Shown here one piece after another: positions 1 to 13,139 of a stretch of DNA of 64,000 nucleotides; the first letter of the stretch is position 1; every line of letters begins with the position of its first letter. This DNA comes from Squalus acanthias (taxonomy: Eukaryota): positions 92,692,001-92,756,000 of the forward strand of contig CM059432.1 of the NCBI GenBank assembly GCA_030390025.1, read 5' to 3'. Under the pieces are notes generated by a model that saw only the letters and a program-made list of their open reading frames with translations, was not told where the DNA came from and did not search any database. A program made the position numbers and the translations under genes.

Positions 1-945
1 AATCAAATAGCATTAAAATATAACCCAGCAGAGTAAAATGCACTACAAAATGAATGCAAGCAAAAATTCAGTAGCAACTCTGGTCCAAGTTTAAAATTCT
101 AGTATACCGTTCCCATTCAGAAATCACAATCAATGCATAAAATGTCTTACAAAGTAGTCAAGCTTCAAGTAATCAAGATTCAACTGTAGAGAGGTTACAA
201 GTGTTAGTGTTAAGTGATCCATCACATAGGTTAAAAGGGTAAGTATATGCTGCCAAATTTACATATAATCCTAAAAGGAGAATTCCTGACATTTAGCAGG
301 GTTACTCAAGTCACATGATTACTGTATTTTATGCTTCAGAATTGGTGGTTAGAGGCAACTTGTAACAGATACTTGTTGAACTTCCCCCAAATATAACATG
401 GAAGTTCTGCTCCAGCACCATTATGAATGGTGTTTGTAGTCCACAATCCATTCAGTGTCAAACTGGGGCATGTCACGAATGTTTGTTTCCAGAGTGCTTC
501 CAACCAGCAGTCCCTACTTCTTTTTTCTCCCCCCCCACCCCACTCCTCAATTTTTCTTTCCTCATGGTTCTGACTTGAGATGGAGTATAGCGCTGATGCC
601 AGCAGCCCTCCAGTACCTCATGCAAGTGGCTATTCTTGGCACACAAGCCTCGACAATAACTGCCAGGCCATTTAACCAGAGGAGAAGGGCATCACAACAG
701 AGCCAGATCCTGCCCTCACATGATGAACTTGTGTACTTTCTGGTGTTGGTCACTAGAAAGAGATCAAAAGTGTCAACCCCTAAATGATTTCTTCCTCTAT
801 AGCCGAGTGGCATTGAAGCCAATTGCTACACCCCTACTGACGACCATATCACCTAAAACACCATAAAGCAGAACTTGGGACTTCTGAATGATTAGTACCT
901 AAATAGGTGGTGCATTAACCAGCAGTTCTAAAGCATAAAACAGTA

Positions 946-949
<4 letters not shown>

Positions 950-986
<37 letters not shown>
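950..986. repeat. (GA)n microsatellite
   Basis: Pure AG dinucleotide run. Confidence 0.95.
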
Positions 987-988
<2 letters not shown>

Positions 989-2719
989 AAATGTAAAAGT
1001 ATGTTCTTTCATAAAAAGGATTATGGCAAACTTCAGTAGAATATAATTCCTGTTTTGAATAAAGTCAACAGACAGGCAAATATCCTCATTATGCTATGAT
1101 TTGTCTGCAGCAGTACAATTGCAACACTTCAGAGGGCCTGAAAATCAATCCATTCAGAGACCGATCCAAGGTGGTATGCAGGCAATGAAATAATGCTGTG
1201 GCAATTCTAGCAATGCCTGGGCCCAAACATTCCTGTGGCCGGAGAGAGCAGAAGTCACATTTACACCCATGAGACAGAGGGAAGGCAGTTTATGGGCTGC
1301 ATCCCGGCTCATCCATCTCGTTTGGTCCAGACCTTTAAATTCCGGTCGGGTGGGGGAAGGGTAGGGAATATTTATCTGCCCTCTTCATACAAAGGGGGTG
1401 TTTTTGGGTAACTGTGGAATTCCCAAGCTTTCCTGGGAAGTTTCTCCCTTTATACCCTTGACAGACCTCAGCAAAACTCATACCAGTTAAAACATGGCAT
1501 GAATCCCTTTTGAGGCCTTTTACGGGCCCCAAACCTTCTCTACAGCAATGTAAAATAGATTGCAGAGGTGCTTCATTACCATCTCTAGTTGTAGTGGGAG
1601 CTGAAGAGATTTAACAAAAAAAAATTATTCATCCCACTTAGGCTTCTTTACAAAGGAGCATTGGCTCAATTTAGCATGGCCACCACTGATGTGCTCTTGC
1701 ATGTGCAGGTAGGCCACACTCTCTATGCAAAGGACCCGGGTCCGTGGAACATGTATGCACGCACACACATTTCAAGTTTATGAAAACCGGAAGAAAACTG
1801 TGCGCAATCAATATGTTTAATGCATTTCACTTGTGCAAACAGGTTAGTAAAAGAACCCAAATTAAATGTTTTTGAAAGAAAGCTGAAGGTTGCTCTCCTG
1901 GTGAGATATCTTGCTACAACAGAGATGCAGCAAAATAGGTGTATAGAGGTATAATGTCAATCCAGAAATAGAGTTCTTCCTTACTTCAAAAAAGGACAAG
2001 TCACAAGCACCAGTGAATGAGCTATCACTTCAGAGAATCACCATACCCGATTTCAGAAATTCTCTTTTGAAGGTTATATTTTTGGATTATTATATTTGTC
2101 AGCAATTAAGCACTGCAACAAACTCACTTCACACTTCATGTTCAGCAGCTGTTCAGTCTTGAAAATCAATACTAAACTACAGCAGTACTAAACTACATAT
2201 GTTCAGAACAGGACAAACATGATGTCTTAGGCAAGCCTTATAGGGCCAAAAAGTCTTAATACAGTATCTGCAAAACCTTACGATCATTTTTCCAAAACTA
2301 GAAAGGGAAAAACAAGTGTACATGCAGGAACACAATTTAACCAGCTGCTTACAGACATTACTAAGTTATTTTCAAATGGCAAGTCTGTGTGTCCAGAGCT
2401 GTAAGCTACTACATTGTTGGATATCCTTATTGGGAGAAGGGGGGGGGGCGGAGAAAGGAGAGAATACTATGGGTTTTGTGGCAAATAAAGCAGTAAGAAA
2501 AACAACTGCATTACCTGCCTTCAAATGGAAGCACCCTCTACATACTGGAGAAGGAAGCCCAAGTTGACAAGAGGGGAAAAGTGGGGTTCCTCCAAGACAG
2601 TGGGACATCATCCAAGTGAATTTTCCCCTCTGGTACTGTATAGAGATGCTCTTTTGGGAAAAGGCATCAGTTCGTTTCCAGACGTGGCAGAACACAAGAG
2701 TTAACTATTTTATAACATA

Positions 2720-3144
2720 CAGGAAACTTTCGTTTATCCGGCACCCAAATATCCGGAATTCTCGCTTAACCGGCAAAAATCATCCTCCGAAAACTCCTCT
2801 CAAATAACCGGCAATGTTGCCGAGTCGCAGTCGAGTCTCCGCGAACGCCGAGCACTCCGAAAACTCCTCTCAAATAACCGGCAATGTTGCCGATCCCGAG
2901 TCCGAGTCCGAGTCCGCGAACGCCGATTTAGTCAGTAGGGGTACTTTTCAAAAGTGCCACTACTCGGCCTCCTGGCGCTGTCGGAAGTCTGAAACACTGC
3001 AGTAGCAGGAGTTGATTCTCCCGCGCTGCCTGGAGTCTCTTTGTTAAAAATAGCCTCGGTAGATATAACTCTCCGTTATCCGGTACTTTCGATAAACCGG
3101 CACCACGCCGGTCCCGTCGATGCCGGATAAACGAAAGTTTCCTG
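2720..3144. mobile_element. Non-autonomous Tc1/mariner (pogo/Tigger-like) MITE
   Basis: Perfect 24-bp TIRs CAGGAAACTTTCGTTTATCCGGCA / TGCCGGATAAACGAAAGTTTCCTG flanked by TA (2718-2719, 3145-3146). CpG-rich, with an internal ~70-bp tandem duplication. Confidence 0.9.
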
Positions 3145-6100
3145 TATAATCCTCCAACAGGTTGAGTGAGATCTTGGTATGTAGAGGATACTTCCATTCA
3201 AGAAATGAAGACAAAGAATGTTTAGATTGCCTACCTTTGCTCTTCATTCCAGCATCTTCCACAGGTCACACTGTCAGTAGTATTTAAGAGGAGGGGTTGG
3301 TTGTGGGAGGAAAGGCAACCTTCTCAATCTAGACGAAACACCTTCCTCCAGAACAGACCTGCCAAAGTGCAAGTCATCCTTAACCAACAAACCCAAGGAA
3401 TAATGCTAAGAAAAACTATGGGTTGTTCCAAGTCACAGCCTTGCATATGCAGTTTATAGTAACCTAAAGGTTAGCCTACGATGCAGATCTAGTAGAATGA
3501 CTATTAAAATTCTACCTGAAGACTTCTACATGCTATATACTACAATGCAGAATACATTACAGCAGTTGTTTTTCCAGTCATTGTTTCAACCATAAATATT
3601 TGTTCCATGTGATACAAATAGTTGGCTAATAGTCTCGAACATCAATATAAGCCAAAGTCGTATTTGTAGCTATAAAATGGAATCTATGCTCGAACACATG
3701 TTCCTGAGGTGGAGGACAAGGTAAAGGGAAAATAGTTTTGCTGCAAATTAAACTAAATCACTTTGGTATAAATTTGAGGTAGCCAGAGGATATCTACCAT
3801 GCCAGACTAGATACAATTGTTTAAGTACCAATGCCTGGAGTTCACTTTTCCAGTTGAGACAAGCACAATGAGAAAAGGTGTTCTCCACAGTAGAAATTTT
3901 AATTTTTGAAATGCAAAAACTTGAAAAGAAAATACAGTACACAAGGTTACAAAGTACTATGTTAAATTCCCAAGGAAAAGTTGAAGGAACAAAGTAGGTC
4001 CAGATTTCCAAACTTCTTTCACAAAACAGAATACAAAATTATGTTCCTGAAAGTGAACAAGCTTGAGAAAAGCTAGGAAAGCTTGCATTAGCTGCATCAT
4101 GAAACCCCACTAGAACTTGGTTGTAGACCTAGGCTTAAAAGATGTTGAGCACACTCCAAAATATCCAAGATTTCACATGACAATAAATACATGTTCACTG
4201 AAACTAGATTGTAGCTAGCCAATCTCCCAAGGTAGACTGCATGAATAATTATCAATCTTCTTTTCATAGATGTTTGTGCAGTTTGTACAATACCCAATAT
4301 TTCTTCCAAGTTTTTTGGGGATCACAAGATAATGGAAACATAACCTTTCATTTCCTGACTGTAATGGCATTCGTTAAAAGGCAATTCCTGTATATGTAAG
4401 GAATTTCAAGTCAAAATAAAAGGGACAGACCTTGTTTCTGTATTGAATTCCACTAGTAAGGTGTGAAAAATAAACAGCTCCTCTCTGCACCCTCATTAGT
4501 CCCATGATGGAAGTGTCATTGGTGCCAAGGGATAGGGACTGGGTTTGGGCCAGATGGGTTAGACTTTTGTGCATATCTGCTGATTAAGGCAGGCCAGAAT
4601 GTTTCTTCTGCACAGTCCTTAAAGCGGCCTTAATACAAGCCTTTCCTTGATCTGCAGGCAAGAAAATATTCACCCGGAAATTTATTGCTGAGCCGCAGAG
4701 CATGTTCCTAAATTAGAAATAATAGAAGCATACGGCTACCAACATGGTACAGTGAAGCATGTAAATATGGTCTACTCTGGTTATCACAGCCCAACTCCTA
4801 CCAAGATGAAGTAGAACAAACTAGAGGAGCTTCAAGGCTCAAAAGAGGTGTTTAATTCCAGTCACCTAGTAAGCTATTTCAGTACTGTGCACTTCTTAAG
4901 CAGTTTTAAGAAAAACATACATTTGGTTAATGAATAGCAAATATAAGCTGCCCTTTTGTTGATCTTCCTGTAAACCTCAACATGGGCCCTGTTCAGCAAC
5001 AAGGACTTTTGGGGGTGTAATCACCAAACTTCACTAATGCTGATCTGTGGGGTGTACAGCGAGTTTCAAACAGGTGGTACACGGGGAGCTGATTAGAATG
5101 TACAAGTGGCATCAATAGTGTGCTGTCTCTAAGGTTTAAACACTACTTCAGATCAGAAAGTAGAGATTAAGCTCTTGAATGGGGCATGGGTGTAAGTTTT
5201 AAGGGACCAAGGTGACACTTTCACAATGTATTATGGCTCCTTTGACTTATACCTGTTGCAAATGCTACTATGAAGGACAGGCCGCCATCTCTAGAGCTGG
5301 TCATTTCTTATATACAGAAAGAAAGAATTGACAAAACAGGTTTGTAGACACTTATAGGGTGAAGTCACACCATGTGATGTTAGCATGCAAACAGGTAATT
5401 GCATTTGTATGCTAAAACCATATAGCATGATTTCATCCCATTGATTGTTCACCAGCAACTTTGAAAGTCAAAGAATATAATCTAACAGGTCTAGAAGAGG
5501 ATTTTGCCAATAACTTAGGAAAATTCTATGAAATCACCACCTTTGGAATGAAAAGAGTAACCAACTTTGGGAAAATTCCAGGGGGGAAAAAATAGCTTTA
5601 TACAGTACAGAGGAGAAAGATCATGACCACGTTCAGTGATTTTCCCTGTTGTCAACCTGGGTTCAACTCTAATGGTATTGGAATGAGCAAGAATATTGAG
5701 ATTCTCTTCAAAAATGATTTTAATTCCGAACGGAAAGCGATAGAGTGATGGATCAGAGCAGCTCAGATTTAAAATATTGCACCATTTTAAATAGAAAAAA
5801 AAAGTACATGCACAAGCGTCTGACTTGTAATCTGTTCCAATTCAGCGTATTTCTAAATTTTCTAATTTTGCATTTGTAAGTTTTCCATTTAGAATTTATT
5901 TCCAAATTTCTGGAGCTACTCTCTAGTAATCAAATGCTGTTGGCAACACTGGACATGTGGAAATTTCTGTTTGGTTGAATACAGTATTCCTGCATACATT
6001 TTGAAAATGACAATTTTTTTAAATCAATTTTGAAGTTTATAAATGGATATCTATTAATTTCAAGATAAAAGTCCCAAGAAAGAAGTAGAAGGGAAGCAGA

Positions 6101-8449
6101 ATTCATTTTGATTATATATTCAAATCTACTATATAAAATATTGAAACTAAATAATCTTAACAGTAAACATTTAATTTATTGTCAAGCGCAGAAAATGTGA
6201 GTTTAAAAATAAATATGTTCAACACGTAAATAGTAAAATACACTGGTAAGGGTGGGGGGGGGCGGGGGGGCGGTATGGAGAAGAGAAACCATGATACACT
6301 TAACTTCAGGCTACAAAATTCTCCGTGTGGAATGCAGGTTTTGAACAAACTACACAAATCTAGGAAGTTCAGATATTTCACTAGTAATCCAGACAATAAA
6401 AGCCAACAAAAGTATTGCATTAATAAAAAGATTCAAATTCTAGGATTGAATAACCACGAGAATGGTTACCATATTCTCATCCTTGTATTTCAATAGCAAT
6501 TACAAAATGGGCCCAATGTTGGTGTCATTGCACTAGCATAACTGGATGGTAAAGTGTAATTTTAAGCAACATTTATAGTATAGTAGAAAATAATTTTCCC
6601 ACCATCATACAGACAAGAATCTAGTTATATAAATCCAATTCAGATTCCACTGCCTGAAGATGTTAAAACTACCAAACAGTTGCTACGTTAAAGGGGAATT
6701 TTACTTCTCATTTTTCTTGGGAGCTGGGGGAGGAGAAGAAAGGAAAGAGGGAAGGAGAACAAAACAAAATGTGAACTTCTATTCCTTCAGATTCCAGTTA
6801 AATTTCTGATTTGATTTACAATAGCCTTTTTAGATATTTACACCACATACAACTTAACTGCTGCAAAATTTTCCATATTAAAGAAAACATCGGTTTATCT
6901 GTCCGTGATAAACCAAAATATCAAGATGCACAGGACTTAGTCTAAAATACTTTAACTTCAATATTAATAAGTTAATTGCTGTCACAGAAAACTGTAATGG
7001 TCTTCAAGTAGACCATCGTCATGGTCTCTAAAATTCATCAACTAAAGTTAATATATGCACCCCTCAAAACAGACGACAAATACACAAAGTTCTGGATTGT
7101 TAAAGCATTGGGTTGATTTCAACATTCAAATCATTCACAACAGCCAACTGACAGTTAATTTTACTTAAAACATTATACTCCAAAAAGGGTAGAAACATAA
7201 ATTTCTATGTATATCTAATCAAGTTTACTTGAGAAATTAGAGGTCTAACAAGAACTGGAGAGATCCTGGAAAACAACAAAATTATTCAGTTCTGTTCGGG
7301 CAATCTCAACAAAGTAGAAATCACTCGAGGTGATGCAGTAATAGGTATTTAAACTATTATTTTTGATACAGTTATGTGACCACTGCTGTAAACATGAAGG
7401 GCTATTATGGCAAAATAAGTTTTACTTGTTGGTTCATACTTCCAACTAGGTTAGGTCACACTTCCAGTTAAAATTTTAAAAAATTGCAACTACATCAATC
7501 CAATAAGTTTTATTGAATTTCATGTACCTTACAGTTGGGCATGCAGAATGTAACACTTCTCTTCCATGAAAAAGCACACAAAGTGATGACAGAAAATGTC
7601 TTCTGAAACAAGTATTGCATTAACAGAAGGGTGATGGAGCACCAGGAAAATCATGTGGTGGTCCAAGGCCTACAATGCGCCTGAAGAACCAGCAGCATGT
7701 ACAAATGAGATTGGCAGCCAGTGCGCAAGTTGTGCACCAGGTCTATTAGGCCTTTGACTTGTATTTGCATGGCGTTGCTTACCCCATATGTGGCAGAAGG
7801 CCAAAGCAGCAAAGCATCCATTTGGAACAGGTGCTGAAAGGGAAGCTGCCTACAAGTTAAAAACAAAATCAACCACCTCTGCACTTTGCCCCACCTTCAC
7901 CAGAAAAGTGCCCAGCGCATAATGAGCAGTCAGCCAGATGATGCAACTCTGAAACTCTTGCTGCACAAGAGACATGCCTGGACACAACTAATGCACAAAG
8001 GCTAACCACCTATTATTTGGGGAGGCCAGCTCATTTGTGCCAAGGTAATTGCGTGGCAATTAGGCAAAATCATCAGTCCCAGGATGTTTTATCATTTCAA
8101 ATGAGCATAGATAGATCACACTCTGCTCACCTCAGTTCCACAGTGCTGACTAGGTTAAAATGGGCAAGTGCAACCATAGTGCAGGACACAATTAAAATAC
8201 TCCACATAATTTCTATCACACATGTAACAGAAAGTCCATTATACCACCCATTGCCTTCTCCAAACAGATTCAGATCCATCTGCACCTCAGGAAATAAAAA
8301 TACATCATGAAAAGAAGGCAAGGTGTCCAACCTTTTGGAACAGGGGGCTAAAGCGACAATGCATAACCATTCAGTGGGCTGTTTATGACTCAAAATCCAA
8401 GTGCCATGTACAAAATCCAAATCCCCATGCTAAAAATTGAATCTTCCCA

Positions 8450-11215
8450 TGCAGAGACATGGTTGCAAGGTGGCCAAGGTTGGGAACGAAATGTTCCAGG
8501 GTACTTGACGTTTCGAAAACACAGGCAGAGTGGAAAAGGAGGACAGTAGCGAGAAAGGATCTTGGCTCGGACGATCAGGAAATAGAATCAGTATGGGTGG
8601 AGATAAGGAATAACAAAGGGCAGAAAATACTGGTAGTAGTAGTATATAGGCCCCCTAACAGTAACTGTACCGTTGGACAGAATATTAATCAAGAAATAGT
8701 AGGAGCATGCAACAAAGGTAATGCAATAATCTTGGGGGACTTTAATCTTCATAGACTGGACAAATCAAATTGGCAAAGTTAGTCTGGAGGACGGGTTCAT
8801 GGAATGCATTCGGGACAGTTTCCTAGAACAATGCGTCATGGAACCAACCAGGGAACAGGCTATTTTAGATCTTGTACTGTGTAATGAGACAAGGTTAATT
8901 AGCAATCTCATAGTAAAGGATCCTCTGGGGCAGAGTGATCATAATATGATAGAATTTCACATTAATTTTGAGATTGACTTGCCTAAGTCTGAAACTAGAG
9001 CCTTAAACTTAAATAAAGGCAATTACAGAGGTATGAGGGGCGAGTTGGCTAAGGTAGATTGGAAAAATAGATAAAAGGTATGGCGGTAGATAAGCAATGG
9101 CTAGCATTTAAAGAAATATTTCATAATTCGCAACAAAAATACATTCCATTGAGAAACAAAAACTCCACGGGAAAAGTGATCCAACCGTGGCTAACTAAAG
9201 AAGTTAAGGATATCATTAGATTGAAAGAAGTAGTTTATAATGTTGCAAAGAATAATAGTAAGCCTGAGGATTGGGAGAGTTTCAGAAACCAGTAAAGGTT
9301 GACCAAAAAAAAGATAAAAAAGGGAAAAAATAGAATGAGAGAAAACTAGCAAGAAATATAAAAGCAGATTGCAAGAGCTTGTACAAGTATGTAAAAAGGA
9401 AGAGAGTAGCAAAAGTAAACATTGGTCCCTTAGAGGCTGAGACAGGAGAAATTATTATGGGGAATAAGGAAATGGCTGAAACGTTAAACAAATATTTTGT
9501 ATCTGTCTTCACAGTAGAAGACACAAAAAGCATACCAAAAATGGTGGGGAACCAAGGGTCTAATGAGGGTGAGGAACTTAACGTCATGAATATAAGGAGA
9601 GAAAAAATACAAGAGAAACTAATGGGACTAAAACCCAACAAATCCCCTGGACCTGATGGCCTACATCCTAGGGTTCTAAGAGGTGGCTGAAGAGATAGTG
9701 GATACATTGGTTTTGATCTTCCAAAATTCACTAGATTCTAGAATGGTCCCACCGGATTGGAAGGTCGCAAATGTAACACCGCTATTCAAGAAAGGAGGGA
9801 GAGAGAAAACAGGGAACTGCAAGCCAGTTAGCCTGACATCAGTCGTCAGGAAAATGCTGGAATCCATTGTTAAGGAAGTGGTATCAAGTCACTTAGAAAA
9901 TCATAACATGATTAGGCAGAGTCAACATGGTTTTATGAAAGGGAAATCGTGTTTGACAAATTTATTAGAGTTTTTTGAGGATGTAGCTAGCAGGGTAGAT
10001 AAAGGGGAACCAGTGGATGTAGTATATTTGGATTTCCAAAAGGCATTCGATAAGGTGCCACATAAAAGGTTATTACACAAGATTAGGGCTCACGGGGTTG
10101 GGGGTAATATAGTAGCATGGATAGAGGATTGGTTAATGGACAGAAAACAGAGCGTAGGGATAAACGGATCTTTTTCAGGTTGGCAGGCTGTAACTAGTGG
10201 GGTGCCGCAAGGATCAGTGTTGGGGCCTCAGTTATTTACAATCTATATTAATGACCTAGATGAAGGGACCGAATGTAATGTATCCAAGTTTGCTGATGAT
10301 ACAAAGCTAGGTGGGACAGTAAGCTGTGAGGAGAACACAAAGAGTCTGCAAAGGGGTATAGATAGACTAAGTGAGTGGGCAGTAAGGTGGCAGATGGAGT
10401 ATACTGTAAGGAAATGTGAGGTTATTCACTTTGGAGGAAGAACAGAAAAACAGAATATTTTTTACATGGTGAGAAACTTTCAAATGTTGGTGTTGAGAGA
10501 GATATGGGTGTCCTCGTGCAAGAAACACAGAAAGCTAGCATGCAGGTACAGCAAGCAATAAGAAGGCAAATGGCATGTTGGCCTTTATTGCAAGGGGTTG
10601 GAGTACAAGAGTAAGGAAGTCTTGCTACAATTGTACAGGGCCTTGGTGAGACCACACCTGGAGTATTGTGCACAGTTTTGATCTCCTTATCTAAGGAAGG
10701 ATATACTTGCCTTGGAGGCGGTGCAACAAAGGTTCACTAGATTGATTCCTGGGATGATAGGGCTGTCCTATGATGAGAGATTGTGTAGAATGGGCCTATA
10801 TTCTCTGGAGTTTAGAAGAATGAGAGTTGATCTCATTGAAACATACAAGATTCTGAAGGGGATTGACAGGGTAGATGATGAGAGGTTGTTTCCCCTGGCT
10901 GGAGTGTCTAGAACTAGGGGGCATAGTCTCAGGATAAGGGGTAGGCCATTTAAGACTGATGAGAAGGAATTTCTTCACTGAGGGTTGTGAATCTTTGGAA
11001 TTCTTTGCCCCAGAGGGCTGTGCATGCTGAGTCTTTGAATATGTTCAAGGCTGAGATAGGTAGATTTTTGGACTCTAGGGGAAATCAAGGGATATGGAGA
11101 TCGGGCGGGAAAGTGGAGTTGAGGTCGATGATCAGCCATGATCTTATTGAATGGCGGAGCAGGCTCGAGGGGCGTATGGCCTACTCCTGCTCTTACTTCT
11201 TATGTTCTTATGTTC
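8450..11215 (+). mobile_element. CR1-clade LINE, near-complete ORF2 (APE endonuclease + RT), disrupted
   Basis: Motifs [46 protein letters not shown] and FADD occur across several frames. 3' tail tcttatgttcttatgttc. Confidence 0.93.
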
Positions 11216-12007
11216 AAAATCCAATCCTCACATGCAGAAAATCCAAGCACAGCCATGCAGTAAAACTCTTCACAAAAACACACAAAAAACTCTTAGCTTT
11301 CTTCTCTTTCTAAACTGCTTGCCTGCATCCTCTTCTACACGCCGGTCTGGTCCACTAAGGACTGCTCCTCACTGCCCCACAGTTTGCAAGTTGGAAACTT
11401 TCAAGCTCTAAACTTCCCTGCTCTTAAAGCTGCTCCCAGATTGGTTCAAAAATGTTGCTTCCTTGGTGCATTTGGACCGATAAAAGGAGCAGCATTTTTG
11501 AATGATTCATTCAGGAATCGCCTTTTCCAATCTTCAAGGCCCAGGGAGTTTGAACCACTATGGGAAGGGTTTGTTGCATGCAAACAGAAGGAGTGAACTG
11601 CAGGCAAGCAGAAGGAGGCTCGCAGGCTGTGTTGGACACTGCTGCAGTATCAGATTACAGGGGACAAACATTGGAACAAACTGGCTAAACATGTGAACTG
11701 CTACTACATGATTACAGGGCAAAAAGAATGGAATCAAAATGAAAGAGGGTAGGAGAGAGAAAAATACCACAGAAAACAAATGCAAATGCAAATTTGAGAA
11801 TGGACATAGAATTGGAAAGGAACTGTAAGGAAGAGAAGCCCCCTTTTGACAATTTTCAAGCTGGACATTAAAACCTGCTGAGCTGTGGCAAAGCAGCAAA
11901 ACCAGACGGTGCGATCAAGAAGGAAGTGTAGCTAAAGGAGACGTCTGTGTAAACAATAATGAGAAGTCGCACAACACCAGGTTATAGTCCAACAGCTTTA
12001 TTTGAAA

Positions 12008-12044
12008 TCACAAGCTTTCGGAGCGCTGCTCCTTCTTCAGGTGA
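12008..12044 (-). ncRNA. Mirror copy of the hammerhead motif, on the TPD52 sense strand
   Basis: Exact reverse complement of 12151-12187 within the palindrome. Confidence 0.7.
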
Positions 12045-12150
12045 AGTGAAGAAATACATATGGGCACAGCATAAATAGTCAGAGAACAATGCCAGTCGAC
12101 TGGCATTGTTCTCTGACTATTTATGCTGTGCCCATATGTATTTCTTCACT

Positions 12151-12187
12151 TCACCTGAAGAAGGAGCAGCGCTCCGAAAGCTTGTGA
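12151..12187 (+). ncRNA. Minimal type-I hammerhead ribozyme motif (Penelope-associated)
   Basis: UCAC-CUGAAGA-A-GGAGC(AGC)GCUCC-GAAA-GC-UU-GUGA: core boxes, stem II, palindromic stem III (AGCU), stem I UCAC/GUGA. Confidence 0.7.
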
Positions 12188-12548
12188 TTTCAAATAAAGC
12201 TGTTGGACTATAACCTGGTGTTGTGCGACTTCTCACTTTTGTCCACCCCAGTCCAACACCGGCATCTCCGCATCATGTGTAAACAATGAGGAATTAGACT
12301 TTGACGAGATAACAGAACTCAATGGGCCTCTTCAATAAACAATCCTCATCAGAAAGTTTGCCAGCTAGATGGTTGAGATTTGCGTGAGCTATCCAGCCAT
12401 TCAACTGTTAGTGGTCTTTACATGATGGAAATTTACTGAAAAGGAGGTTTTAGATCATGCGGGCTTTAACTTTTAAACAAAAATCGCGATATATTATTGG
12501 TTATCATGATCTAAGGCTATCATCGATAGGTCAATGAGGCCTTGGTGA

Positions 12549-13139
12549 TGTAACATCCTGTCCACCATTGAAAGGAAAAGATACAAGAGAAGCTGTTACG
12601 GTAACTTCATTACTGCAGTCGGAAGGTGGTGGCCTGGCCAGTCATCTCACCTACGAGGATCAGACTGCAGTCATGGGGTCGGAAGGAGAGCTGCAGTCAA
12701 CAAGAAGGGAAGCCGACCGATCATCGGAAGGAGAGCTGCAGTCAACAAGAAGGGAACCCGACCGATCATCGGAAGGAGAGCTGCAGTCGAGGGGTCGGAA
12801 GGAGAGTTGCAGTCAACAAGTAGGGAACCCAGCTGATAGTCAGAAGGAGAGCTGCAATCAACAGGAGTTGGCCACTTCGGGGTGATTGTATGACCAGTTA
12901 CTTAGAACATATTTGGGCATTGTATTGCTGGAGCATCTTTATTGCTGAGAGTAGACTAAGAAGGGCATTGTATTGCCAGGCAGACGAAGAAGGGCATTGT
13001 ATTGCCATGTAAATCCATAAGCATTTTTTTCCCCTTTTCTCTCTTCTTTTCCTTTAATAAACGACCTTATTTAACTTAAGAGCTTTTGGGTGATTCACTA
13101 ATTATTTCCCTTGTAATTCGCAGGTCAAAACGAACTACA
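12549..13139 (+). mobile_element. Possible solo-LTR-like element with internal tandem repeats
   Basis: TGT...ACA ends, AATAAA near 13056, a 45-bp tandem array and GGGCATTGTATTGC x3. No TSD found and boundaries are uncertain. Confidence 0.35.
12679..12865. repeat. 45-bp minisatellite (TCGGAAGGAGAGCTGCAGTCAACAAGAAGGGAA-CCGACCGATCA), ~4-5 full or partial units
   Basis: Units start at 12679, 12724, 12769 (partial), 12795 and 12840. Confidence 0.9.

Larger units (their letters stand above)
11958..12275. mobile_element. Penelope-like element terminal-repeat fragment with inverted duplication
   Basis: Flanked by 12-bp direct repeat TGTGTAAACAAT (11946-11957, 12276-12287). The arm is homologous to 42500-42630, which follows a GIY-YIG fragment. 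Confidence 0.8.

Noticed and set aside
5700..5730. KSF-like sequence as candidate for the missing NSPTFKSFEEKV exon
   Set aside because: The frame does not continue and there are no splice sites; the exon probably lies beyond coordinate 1.
11446..11557. Possible alternative terminal TPD52 exon (GSNSLGLEDWKRRFLNESFKNAAPF...*) after cccttcccatag
   Set aside because: No similarity to D52-family C-termini that I recognise; an open frame this short is expected by chance.
12679..12865. Repeat array as a CRISPR-like locus
   Set aside because: The units are tandem with no unique spacers, and the context is a vertebrate intron with no cas genes.
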